In this document: piece by piece, positions 25,101 to 36,900 of the stretch
How the letters are laid out: every line of letters starts with the position of its first letter
Position numbering within the stretch: position 1 is the first letter of the stretch
Assembly: GCA_973851085.1 (NCBI GenBank)
Contig: OZ316775.1
Location: 20,770,001 to 20,834,000 of the forward strand
Reading direction: 5' to 3'
Origin: Ptychomitrium polyphyllum
Taxonomy: Eukaryota
Length of the DNA stretch: 64,000 bases
Program-made: the position numbers and the translations under genes
Notes under the pieces: model-generated
The model's input: the letters and a program-made list of their open reading frames with translations, nothing else
Databases searched by the model: none
What the model was told of the DNA's origin: nothing

Positions 25101-26584
25101 TGAAATTGAAATTTGAAATTCTCTGTTTTTTCCAGAGATTTATCTTTCAACGCTCTTGAGGGTTCAATTCCTATCAGCCTGGGCTCTCCACGAATGCAAC
25201 ATTTGTAAGCACCTTACTGTTAACTCTATTTTAGCCACACAATTTGTTTGTATTAGGACTTAATTCACTCTGAGCGCCAAGGCTATTTCTTTTCTTATGT
25301 ATGACCGTGTACTACAGTTATTATTGATACTGATGGATGCATTTTTGTTGCTAATTTCTCAGACGACTAGACAACAATCGGTTATCTGGGCCTGTTCCAG
25401 AGTCCATCTATGCTATTGGGGTCCACGGTGGCTACATTAATTTGGCAGGAAACCAAGGTCTCTGTGGAGTTCCATCGCTACCAGATTGCCCTTACCAATG
25501 GAAAAAGGGAGGCATGTCTCCTGCAGCCAAGGCAGTGTTAGTCATAGGGGTGCTGCTAGCTGCTGTCGTGCTGGTGGGTGGGGCTTATTACTACATTCAG
25601 AGAAGAAATGCTCAGGAGGACTACAATTTCAACCTTCCCCATCAGCTTGTTGGTATGCCCTATGACTATATCATCAGGCGCTAGTTTCTTATTTATTTAT
25701 TTAGACATCTTTTACAAGGTGTCACAATTTTGACAAAAGCATTAATCAATTTTTTCTTCAAAAATTGTCTCATTCCCATGTGTCCTTCCTTGCAATACTT
25801 TAAGCAGTTAACGCTTGTGACTGAAGTTTTTGTCCTCATCCTATTTAACCATCGTCAATATTAGGTCATCATTTCTAGTGTCTCTCTCGTGCTCCTGTTT
25901 GTTATTAGTGTCTTCCACCAGTACTGAAAGCTTACAGTTGTACAATTAAATGTTTAGCTATCTTCTATGTGTTAATTGAGTATGTTACTTCTATATGTTT
26001 GAAGGACTGGCACAAAATCGTGTGAGTTTTTGGATAGACCTATAGAGTTGACTTCAACGTAACGTTAGAGGAAGATGCTGAAGAAAAAAATGAGGGTCAC
26101 GAGAATTGAACTACATTAGATGTTATGGTGATCTATTACCCTGAAGTTGTGAGGTGTGGACAACTTGCTATTTTTGGGCCTCACGTAGATACTTATTTAT
26201 TTTGAACATATCAAGTAGTTCTAGGTGATTACGATTGCTAAGTATAAGCCTGTTGTTTGTAATTATAGGCTCGAATAACTATGTAGTTGACAAGAACTTT
26301 TTAAGCACGGAAGGTTTAACTTTATTTTTTCTTTGAATCTTTATTTATATATTTGTGGAAGTGAGAGAGCAGACGCATAATTTGTCTGATCTTAAGTCCA
26401 GCTGAGGAGGAAGTAGTTAGGGTTTCGTATACTGATGTAGATTGGTATCGTTGTAACAGAGAGGACGAAATGGTACCAACAACACAAGATGACCAAGCAA
26501 ACTGATCCAGAGGGAGTGTCCATGATCCAATCTACTATTCCCAACAGATTTGGATTTTCGTCCAACATAGCGGCCAAAGAATAA
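22103..26584 (+). CDS. RLP4: Malectin-like + LRR receptor-like protein without kinase (RLP4-type); exons approx. 22103-22172, 22687-23730, 24078-24228, 24547-24618, 24898-24966, 25136-25204, 25363-25652, (26005-26021?), 26460-26584
   Basis: Signal peptide MARFVLLGLCLSGLLHTSLA, SIDCG, LRYFP, NCY, WFHFAEID, QRVFNV, GWNGDPCAP..W..WEGVTC. Short 69-72-nt LRR exons, GNQGLCGVPSLPDC, TM helix, short tail EDYNFNLPH. Last exons are tentative. Confidence 0.9.
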
Positions 26585-27934
26585 GTCCTGCTTATCTGGT
26601 GCCTGCAAAGGCTCTTCTGTACCTTCGGTGTTCACAATGTGCTTGATTGGAACTGTATACACTACAACGAAGTGGTGGAAGGTGTCTACTCGAGCAGCAG
26701 TGAAGCATCTACTGAAATTTATTTTCTCCAGTAACTTGGTGACGTTATGGTGCTATCTGGGTTAGGTTCTGTAGTAGATAGTTAGGAGGGTGAAGAGATG
26801 CTACAAAAGTGGTCTTGCTTTGGCAGGTGTCCTCCCCTTAGTGCAATCTTCAGTAGTGGGAGAATTAAGTATGTGGGTGTCCAGGTTTGTGCATCTATGT
26901 CACATCGATGAGAGCTCTTAATAACTTGTCCATTAGTCCACACCCGTGGATTTCCATTGTTGAGGCAGTTTATTTCCATTGTTGAGGCAGTTTATTACCA
27001 TCTTCAGAGCATTCCTTTAATTAGTTTATGGCTCTACTTCCCATTTAACCAGGTGTATTTTATAGTAGACTTATCATGTTGACATGGTTTAGTACTCGCA
27101 ATTGGGGTGAGGTAGAATTAGATGGTCACGAAGGTGACTGTATGTAAGTTGTCTGTAGAGTTAGACTTTCTTTTTTATTGCCCGCAGAGATGGTCAATGC
27201 AACTGTTTCCAGTTTCTATGCGCTCTCTTGCAATTTTCAATCGGCGTGGCATCGAAGTAATTCCTGCCTTGGTCATAGTAGAGGGAGCTATGTGATCACA
27301 TCCTTGTTACAAGCTTCATGAAATTTACAGCCTCCATAAGCCTGATGAAAAGCGCTAGCAATAGTAGTTTTACCTTATCTGCATTTGTGGCGACATATGC
27401 CTTGGTACTTTCTACAGAATGTGAACACAAGAAAAGTCCAGTGGACTAGTCCTACGTCCACACTAACATTCGGAATGTGATGGATTGATAACTCAGTGGC
27501 GGTTCATGCGATTGAAACATGGGCCAAGTCACTGAGATTCATACCCTTCAGATTACACTCCTGCATCATTCTCATGCTAGTGGTGTATGGAAGATGGCAA
27601 GTGAAGATTTGGAATGTCGTGCGCCAACCGACCATGTCCTTTGACTGAAAGGCAGTTAGGAGTGAACGAAAGAGAGGTCAAGAAGCGCTTGGACCCCAGT
27701 CGTCACGCCTCCTCTTTTAACACTTCTCCTCAGAGACGCTATATTCCATTCTTCTATCGCCAGAGCCGATACGAAGAGCTCAGTTCAATCTTATATTGCC
27801 AGCAAATGCAGATCAGAATCTTTCAACATTGGCTGCACTAGACACGATGTCGCAGAAATTTCAGATCTGTAGCCATTTGATATTTCTTTGCTAGTGCTTG
27901 GATTAGGATCAGGATTGAGATAGACATCCCATTG

Positions 27935-29294
27935 ATGTTAAATGCGCATGACCACTCCCAGTTGCGGAATTGTAACGTGATGATGGGCGCCAGAGCTCAG
28001 CCGCAGTCGCCCTGGATTCTGTACTTCGATGGCGCAACCAGGGACACTGTGGGCAACCCCGCGGGCATCGGCGCCGTGCTCAAGAACAGCCGCGGCCACA
28101 CGGTAGTGGAGTTGAAGAAACTGATCAATCCCGGCGCTTCCTCCGCCGTGGCGAAGTATAAGGCCCTGATTGCCGGCTTGAAAAAGGCGCTCACGCTGGG
28201 CGTGGAGTACATGCTCGTGAAGGGCGATTCTCGTCTCGTCTACAGCCAGGTACCATAAACCTTTGCATCACCATCCAAACCCTAGCTTTGTTCAAGCATT
28301 GCCCATCTCTGTGAGGCAACCTAGAGAAATCAACCCACTTTCTAGCCTGATATGGAAGGCTATGAGCACAATCAGATCAATGGTGTCTGTCTCCCTCTCT
28401 GTCATCCAGGTTGTGGGGCATTGCAGTGTCCAAGATGACCGCCTCGTGGAGTATCAACGTAAAGTGATGATTCTGTCGAAGGATTTCCAGGCGTTGTTCA
28501 TGGAACGAATCTGCAGAGAGGATAACATGCGCGCAGACCGACTAGCAAACGACGCTATCGATGAGGAGCTTCAAGTTGTGGACAGCTTGTCGGAGTTCAT
28601 CGACCAAGAGTGGGCCTCGCACGAGACGCATGCTTCTCAGAACCACGCGGTGCACAGGCACCCCCACCCGCACCCGCATCACCACCAGCGTAGCCGCTCA
28701 CAAACACATCCGCTGTTACACGCGACCCCGCAGCTCAAGGTGAAGCCGGTGGCGTCGGTGTCACCGCACGTTGTGAAACGACATATCCCACTTGGGGGTG
28801 AGATCCAAGCGGCGATGAAGAGTGGCGATGATAGTCTCTCGAGAAGGTCTCGCCTCTTCTGCCCGGATGAGGAATTGTCGTTGCTCAAATCGGAGGAAAA
28901 GTCTCCCGTTGCCAGGAATCACTCACAGCATGTGCAAGCTGCGGCCAAGTCGAGGAGGAAGCCAGGACGTCACCGGCTCTTCAGCACCAGCCCCACGAGA
29001 CGACTAGAGATTTCTGCCTCCCTGCTGCCGCATTTGGACTGCCATGAGGACCCGATGGACAGCTTGCCCTTCTCTACAGATGAGTCTACTGCAGCCTCAC
29101 AAGAGAATCTGCAACAAGTAGAAGGAAACTCCTCCGGAAGCACTGGCACGGGTGAGCAGAGTGGGTTCGTACCATGTCCTGCTGCGAGATTCGAGACCAT
29201 GTCCAGCACCAGCGAGAAGTCGTTGAGCGGCGATGTGTTATTTGAGGCAGACTATGAAAGGCTGTTTAAAACTCTGCTTAAAGGATTCTGCTAG
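27935..29294 (+). CDS. RNase HI-domain protein (plant/archaeal-type RNase HI fold) with long low-complexity C-terminal tail; exons 27935-28249 and 28410-29294
   Basis: WILYFDGA..GNP.AGIGAVL, A(K)YKALIAGL..AL, GDSRLV..Q, REDNMRADRLAN.A. One GT-AG intron at 28250-28409, phase 0. Confidence 0.88.
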
Positions 29295-29789
29295 AGGAAA
29301 ATAACGGAATTAGGAACATTGTAGAGATCTAGGCTACCATGTCAAGTTCCGAACTGAATCAGCTCAAATTGTAGAATAGGTAACTATTGTTGCTTGAGTG
29401 GCTAGCACTTTTCAGCAGGCTTATACAGGCTGTAAATTTCACATACAAGGATGTGAGCACAAGACTCTTTACTAGTTATGATCACTAGACTTTACTTCGA
29501 TGCTAGACAATTGAGTTTATGTCTTCTCATACCTTAGGGACAATGGTCTTGTAATTCACGTGGAGGAATCACTGCGATTTTTGTTTAAAGTACGATGACA
29601 ATGCCGTAACGAAGAATAGCATAGCATGCAAGCTCTGGCTTCGAGAGTGTACAGCAGTTCTTCCTGAACAGTCATAAACACAAACGAAGTGGAACTCCTA
29701 GTACCCCGCACAATCTAGGTTAGAGGTGGATGAGAAGTTGCAGAGAGAGCGCAGACCGAGATCTTCAACGGAGAACAGACTTGTAAGCA

Positions 29790-31200
29790 ATACGGCTTTA
29801 AGATGAGTTGTGTGTTGGAGGTATTGAAGGAAGAATGTTCGCTGTTAAATTCTGGCTTGTATTGGAATCGTGATACAATTTATACTTCCATATCTTGTGC
29901 GGTATATGGTGCAGTATTATTGAAACCATGGAAGGTTTGCATTTCACATGGAGATGCATTGAGAAAACTCACTCCACTACCAGCTACACAACAATCACTC
30001 TTAAGTTCTAGCTTATCCAAGTACTTCGCTACCACAGGGTGATAAGCAGGTTGATTAAAGCTTGTAACATTTTCTATTGTGTTTCATGTTGATGTACCTG
30101 GTTGAGTTTATTTCGTCAATATTGTGCAATGAGGGCTGGTGGTATATGAGCAATTGTATAGTGACCCCACAAAGGATTATTCATCCGAAGGTATGCGTGT
30201 GATTGGTTTATAAAGGTGTTCACTCTACATAGGAATTCTATCATGACTGAGTAGGCTAGCAGTATGGTACTTAGTAGGAGCAACAAGGACGGAGAGGGAA
30301 ATCAAGGAAGAATCCGATTTCTACTGCCAAAACCTCCACTTGAACTTCAATCAGAAGTAAGTCCTCCAGTTGTTGATCAATGGCACACGAGTATTGAATT
30401 GCCTTCGTGCAATTTTGTCCACTTGGAACTTGCCTCCGTATTCAGTCAGAACACCATATTCATTATAACGGGAATTTCTGAAGTTTCAAAATATTCTTTC
30501 GTAGATTTAAAAGGGGTTAATTTTCTGAATGATGATTATTATATTTTGGAAGTTTTGTAACAAATTTCTTTCTAATAGATTTTCTAATAGATGAGCTTTA
30601 GTAACCAAAAACCACTAGATTTGCACCATAGTCACTTTGTCCAAGGGATTTGTCCGCCCGGATGTGCCAGCGAAATTGCAGATATAGTTCTGGATACACA
30701 CATCTTGATGGCTATGGAGGACAAGTTAGGAGGCTTAATAATAGAAAATCAAAGCTTGCCCTTAGAAATATCCATTTTACTCGAACGCTTCAACTGGGAA
30801 TAGAAGTAGCTCCACCAAAAATACGAATGGCATGTCTAGGTAACTCTTGGAAGACCTCTGTTTTTAAGTGTTTCAGATTGAGGCTCTCTAGACAGATGTT
30901 AAGGTCTTGGGGAGTACGTACTGAAGGAAGAATTATGTGCAGTTTATCAAGGGAAACTACTGGATATAGCTGAGATTGGCGCTTCAGATATGCGAGATTG
31001 TGCAATGTGGACCTTGCTATTCACGTACTTGATCCAACAGGGTTTCCAGAGATACGTAATTTGAGGCTCTTATTTACTGAAAATGTCGGTCAATGCTTAT
31101 AATGGACCGAAAACAAACATATTCTGTAGGAAGACTTCGTTTATCATCATGCCGAACAAACAAATGTGATGCTCGTTTCTTGGCTAGCAGATGATGCACA
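29790..31200 (+). pseudogene. Possible highly degraded F-box/LRR-like gene remnant
   Basis: Broken frames with LRR-like LxL stretches (e.g. KPLDLHHSHF, VHLELASV). No continuous ORF. Confidence 0.25.
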
Positions 31201-32892
31201 ATCAACTACAGTACTGCTGCAAATGTGTCACACCAAATTGGAGTTGGACCGTTCGTCCTAAATGCCAAAGGACACATATGTCACACTTGCGCCTGATTCC
31301 TCTTGCATTGTGCCATAGCTCGGCTGGAAGCTTAAAATCCAGAGAAGTACTGTCGGAGTTTATAAACTCCTTTTGTGTGAGAATCATTATCATAGCAGTA
31401 AACGTAACAAAATCTTCCAGACGTAGCGTTGTCACAGCTATAACAGTGAGAACTAAGGTGCATAACAGAAATCTACTATTTTGTGCAAAATTCTAGTTGC
31501 CTGTTGCTTTCCAACACAACAAGCTCATCTTGTCCAACCTTGATTTATTGGATCGTCATCATAAAAAACTTTCTCCGGATCCTTGGAAAAACATATTACG
31601 TTCAATCTTCAGTTTTTTGTGAAAAACAGACCTCACACTAGTCTTGATTCATTCAAATCCACACTTGTAAAATATGTTGCTCTTTTAGAGCATTATCGAA
31701 AACTTTATCACTAATTAAAAATATTTTGAACAAGATTTAAAGTTTAAAGTTGAATTTCATGATCCATCTTTAGGAATAGGTCAAATTTTAAGAATCCTTA
31801 CGTAATAAGGAAGATGGTATAAAATTTGTTTTAATTGGATGTATTATATAAATGGATGGATAACTCTTTTTCTTTGTGGCAAATAACTTTGTATAAAAAA
31901 ATCATGTATATGCTCTTAGATTTAATAAAGTTCTATGTAAAGTTAACTTTTAAATGAGACATAATAGAGGAAGTTTTGATTGAGACATCCAGATTGCTGA
32001 GCACCTTACATTCATGCCTGCCTTTTATCTTCAACTTAAGACTTACTTTAAAACATTGTGTGAGGAAACACAGGGTGCTTTGTAAAATTCTAGATTAGAA
32101 TTCAATAAAATTAAAAAAGGTATAAAATGCGCGTTTAAAAAATTCAACAATTGTTAAATAAATAGTATATAGAGTATTTTCATTTGATTATTATTTCATA
32201 GCCCCTTATTATGTACCTTTAATACATACGGAGATGTCCTGTGAGTAATCTTACAAGCAGCACCATTATAACGAAATAAATTCAGCCATCACTGTGCCCA
32301 CATTGTACATCATGTCGTCAATACAATCCCGTGATTTCAGAGAATAGTACTTAATTTAGGATTCTGTGTTGCACAACCAAATAAATGGTGCACACCAATG
32401 TATTCAGAGTTCAAAGGAGTTGCAAAAGATTGACTTTGCATCTTCAGGCAACTTGAATCAAAACACTATACATAACCAATTGTAATCTTACGGAGTTCGT
32501 GCTAAGTCTCGAAAGTTTTAGGTATCCAGTTGCCAAACTCAACACAAAGGTGTACGTTAAAACCAGTGCAAACTTGGGTTGAGTTGATCCGTCAACTAAT
32601 TTCGTGGCGTAGTAAAACCATAACTCCGAGTTTGGAAGAAACTCTGCAGAAAGGTCAACTTGTTCCAGAGGTTCATATCATTCACTAGCATCGCCGCCCA
32701 CAGACCTTGCATCACCATATTTACTATAATGGAACAAAACAGCAATTCTGGGACTATTTAGCTACTGCATAATCAGTATACAATGTTGACATTTGGGACT
32801 TCGGAATTTCCCAATATAGTGAATATGGTGTTTTGCATGCCATCACTACGCATCGGTGAGGAGGCTCGGGCTCTAGATCCACTGTTGATGTC

Positions 32893-33204
32893 TCAGGGAT
32901 CTCGGAGTCTGAATAGTGAGCTGGACCGGAGAAAAGTGGAGACTCCGTCATGAGTAGTGACTGGATGAAATGCATACTTAGGCAGACTCGGTGACAACGA
33001 CCTCGTGTTTGGGGTGGTATTGCGTTTGGGACAGTCTTCTTCAAGGCAGTTATAGTTCGGGATTCGTGGGCTATCTGGATGAGAAACTGTTCTAAGCCAC
33101 CTCCTGCACTTCGGGCAGTTCGGCCCAAGGCAGTAGTGATTATCAGGTGTGGCATCTGGCTTACAGATTGCAGGGAACGACTTCTGAATAAGAGAGTACT
33201 TCAT
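32893..33204 (-). CDS. Small Cys-motif ORF (H-x-C-x4-C-P-x-C), possibly a decaying relative of 39787-40194
   Basis: PDNHYCLGPNCPKC plus a degenerate second copy YNCLEEDCPKR. TATA-like TATATAA ~230 bp upstream (33439-33433). Confidence 0.4.
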   Translation of the reverse strand: MKYSLIQKSFPAICKPDATPDNHYCLGPNCPKCRRWLRTVSHPDSPRIPNYNCLEEDCPKRNTTPNTRSLSPSLPKYAFHPVTTHDGVSTFLRSSSLFRLRDP

Positions 33205-35327
33205 GATGATCACTGCCGAAAATCTCTGAGTTAGGAACTACAGGCGTACGGTGAGCAATTGTGGCTACAGAAGGCAACTTGAACCAGTTCGCAGCTCTGA
33301 TTATATTACTCCAAATATTCCGGGGGGTGGGGGGTTTGGCCTAGCTGCAATGAACGAGATCAAGGCACCTGCAGACTGGCATGAAAGCTGATATGGCTCA
33401 AATTGAATAGGTGAGTTCAGAGATTGCGAACATTATATACACTGCAATCTAGCAGACAGATTTTCAAAACTAGCCTGACTATGACTAGTTGACCTAGACC
33501 GGTGAAGAATGAAAGTCTTTGGTGTATGGTAACGAATTCTTGCGCGCAGAGCATCGGAAATTACAGTTGTATCTGTACGGAGAGGAACAAGCCTGATGAT
33601 CTTCGTCGTTGAGATCTTGTTAGTCAACGTCTGTTTCTGAGATGATTGTTACTTCAGTTACAATGATGAATTTCTGGAAGAAGGGAAGCAATTGGAGATC
33701 AGATGATACTGTACAAGTGATCTTTGAACTCGCTACGTCGCAAGACATCATGAAATTTACTTCCGTACACGTCTGCTATTTCCCAAACGCGGTAGCATTA
33801 TCTGGAGGACAGTTCTCTTGAAAATTGTGCATAAATTTAAGTCTTGGAATAAATGATGCTGCTGTCAGGGAAATCTGACCTTCTTTGGATTGACTAGTGT
33901 ATCTTTGAACACGACATAACATCTGCGAAATTGTGGGCTGTGAACGTCGGTATGAAGCAACGCAAATCATTCCTGGAAATCCTGGTGTATCGACAGGTCC
34001 ACAGTGCGTTAGAACACACGTAAGGATGAATTCTCACATGGTCTGTATGGGGTCCATATTTTCACCCACAAAAGGAGCACAGTAAGTTCTGAGGTTGTGA
34101 CCGACCAAAGGCGCAGCTAGTACTGGCGTCATGGTAATTGTTTCACCAACTAGTCTGAGCAGAGTCTTGAGCTGGACCCTTGTTGCCAAATACAGTTGAC
34201 GACAACTTTGGATCATTTAGGCATCCAGGACATCTCTCTTGTGTATCCGTCTCATAAATATATCGAAAGCGTTTAACAATTTCTGGAAAGAGTTTGATGA
34301 AACGAAAGATGTACGGCCGGGCATGCTTGAGTTTAGTAGGGATCATGGTATTTGTTAATCGAGAATCTTCGATTTGTACACGCGTGGTTTGAGATTCAAT
34401 TTCTGGGAAGCTGTCGAGTTTTCTCTCTCCATGTCTCGAGTGAGGACTTCAGGCTGAATGCAACTTCCAGCTCTTCGAGTCGATTTTAACATCAGCTTGA
34501 AATTTAGTCGGTACTGGACGACAAATTTAGTTGTTTGAATGAAATCACGAAACTATAAAACTTGAAAACCTAAGTCACCACGCTTTCAAATAGCTATCGG
34601 TGTTGACGTGTAACACATCCTGTGCTCAAACACAAGTGGTTATCTATTTTTTGTGAAGGCTATGATCTGCAGCTATTGCCTTGAATGGCTACTCGGCAAT
34701 CACTTAGAGAAGAGCTGGCCATAAACGTAAAATACTGTGCCACGTTTCTTTGAGATACTACTGTATTATATAAAATTTGATAAACTGAAATTTGAGTTGG
34801 TATTGCTTGGCAGCAGGCACATCCACTTTGGTTTGTGATATTTAATGAAACCACATACTTCTCAGGCCTCCCACCCATGTTCATTTGAAGTATCGACGCA
34901 GCTGCGCCCAGATCCGTCTTCAGGGGCCCTCATTCAAACGTGTGATGGTAGAATAACTGCGTGTATCCCACCTTGCTTAAATTCTACCAAATAGAGCTGC
35001 TCTTTACGTCTGAAATTTCTCAGGTCATATACTATGCTCACTTTAGAATGGTAGTCCACTACTGTCACCCCGAAGTTTGGAGTCTTGGATTCAAAACACA
35101 CCACTCGACACTGAGTGGTCGATCGAAGTACAGTTATTATTACCACAATTATTATATATATATATATGCAACTTGAAACCAGGTCTTTTTTATACTAGTA
35201 TGATTTATATAACGGAAATAGTAGAAAAGATCTCATCTTATTGTTAATTGAGTAATCCTATTGAAAAAATATAAAGATTCCTACTAATTTGAGCCATAGT
35301 ATATAATTTTTGTAGAAAAGAAAATCT

Positions 35328-35451
35328 GACTAAATAACTTAAAAGTACTGGTTTAATAACTATTGTTGGTCCAACATTAAATGGCCAAGTATCTCCTTTA
35401 GAAGGAATAATGTCTTCTTTTAATAATAGTTTAAGTCCATCTGCTAAAGCT
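35328..35451 (-). pseudogene. ndhA: Plastid-derived (NUPT) ndhA fragment
   Basis: [41 protein letters not shown] matches the plastid NdhA N-terminal region. Confidence 0.85.
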
Positions 35452-35710
35452 CCATAATTTTCTACCAGGACGTGCATAACGGGTAATTGCTTGTCGTCCT
35501 GCTTCTATTTGTATCAATGTAATCCAAGCTGGTTCAAGTGCTTGAAGAGCAAATTTACCAAAACAAATAGAATTTCCTCAAGTAAATATTCCTCTCATCT
35601 TTCCTCTATGTTGTTTACGAAATTTGGTTCTTTTAGGATTATGGTTAATATTTTTTGTTTGTATTTCAAAATCGGACCTGAAGGTTCTTTTTCATCCGAC
35701 TTCTTGTGAA
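35452..35710 (-). pseudogene. rpl16: NUPT rpl16 exon-2 fragment with the 3' end (domain V-like) of its group II intron
   Basis: 35637-35452 translates [61 protein letters not shown] (one in-frame stop). Upstream GAAGTCGGATGAAAAAGAACCTTCAGGTCCGATTTTGA resembles group II domain V. Confidence 0.9.
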
Positions 35711-36169
35711 TAAATTTATAATAAATTTCATTTTTTTTTATAGTAGATTAAGGATATTCTTTTTTTATTTTTTATTTTTAAAGAATCTAATTTTTTTTTT
35801 TGAGAACAAATACTATCTAAAATTTGTTTTATGGTTAAACCCATTTTTTTAATTTAGATGTATTTATTAATGTTTGTTGAGTTACATTTTTTAAATATTT
35901 TGGTTTTGATGTATAACCTCAATAGTTTAAATTTTCTTTTAATGAAGGAAAAAGATAATAATATTCAAAATATTCAATTTCTAAAAAAATTGTTAATATG
36001 TTGTGTAAATGTAAAAAGCCTAAATTAAATTTCATTATAATGGTTATCCTCCCCCAAATCTAGAGCTAAAAATGCATTTTTTTTCTTTTTAATTTTCATT
36101 TTCAATTTTTTTATTTAAAAATTTCTGGGAGACTTGTCATATTTAGAATCTTTCTGTGGTGTGCTTTGC

Positions 36170-36403
36170 AGTATCTGGCAATATAGACTGAGGAACTTCA
36201 ATATATACAGGTTTTTTAGCCAAATGACAATTAGCACATACAATACGACCAGTTGCTTTTCGAGGGTCTTCATATGCTTGTTGTGCAAAAATTGGATATG
36301 CTTCGCAATTAGAAGGCCAAGCTATTATTTTCATTAGTTTTATAATCAAAATCGATCGAATCACACATTTTTTTATCCAGTTACTAATATTTTTGTTTTG
36401 CAT
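36170..36403 (-). pseudogene. petA: NUPT petA (cytochrome f) 5' fragment
   Basis: [43 protein letters not shown], then similarity ends abruptly. Confidence 0.92.
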
Positions 36404-36708
36404 AGTTCAATTATTCTTTTTAAAAAATTCATGAGTAGCCATTGATAACCCTTTATGAGGCGAAAAAGGTTTTCTGTCTGGAACTGTTCTTTATGACAAT
36501 GTTTCCAAAAAACATGCAGACGATCAGAATATGTCGAAGCAGCAAAAAAAATTTTTTTTTTTTTAACTGCTTCATCTTTCTTTTAATATTTTTTTTGTGA
36601 TTGTAAGTCATAAAGTTGTAGAATAGCAAGTTTTTTAGTTGTTTTTAATTAATTTATTATTATTTTTTGAAATATTTAAAAATTTTGATTTAAAAAAGTT
36701 GAGCCAAC

Positions 36709-36900
36709 ATGGACCTTAACTGCAATTTTTGAGGTGGAGAATCTGGTCAAAGACGAACTCTACCAATTCAGAAACAAAGAAGGGTCATCATTTTGTCTCA
36801 GTGTCGGCGGCACTCTGTTCACTTCTGAACTTGCAACGAACATCGACTGTCACGAACTGTAGATGGGTCCACCCTTAAACAGTAATAACTGTCAGATGTC
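36709..36900 (+). pseudogene. Possible BTB/POZ (KCTD-type) domain remnant
   Basis: LSVGGTLFTS resembles the LNVGG..F.T start of KCTD BTB domains. Flanked by stops. Confidence 0.3.

Noticed and set aside
26952..26996. 22-bp perfect tandem duplication
   Set aside because: Simple slippage duplication in the 3' UTR; not a CRISPR-like array.
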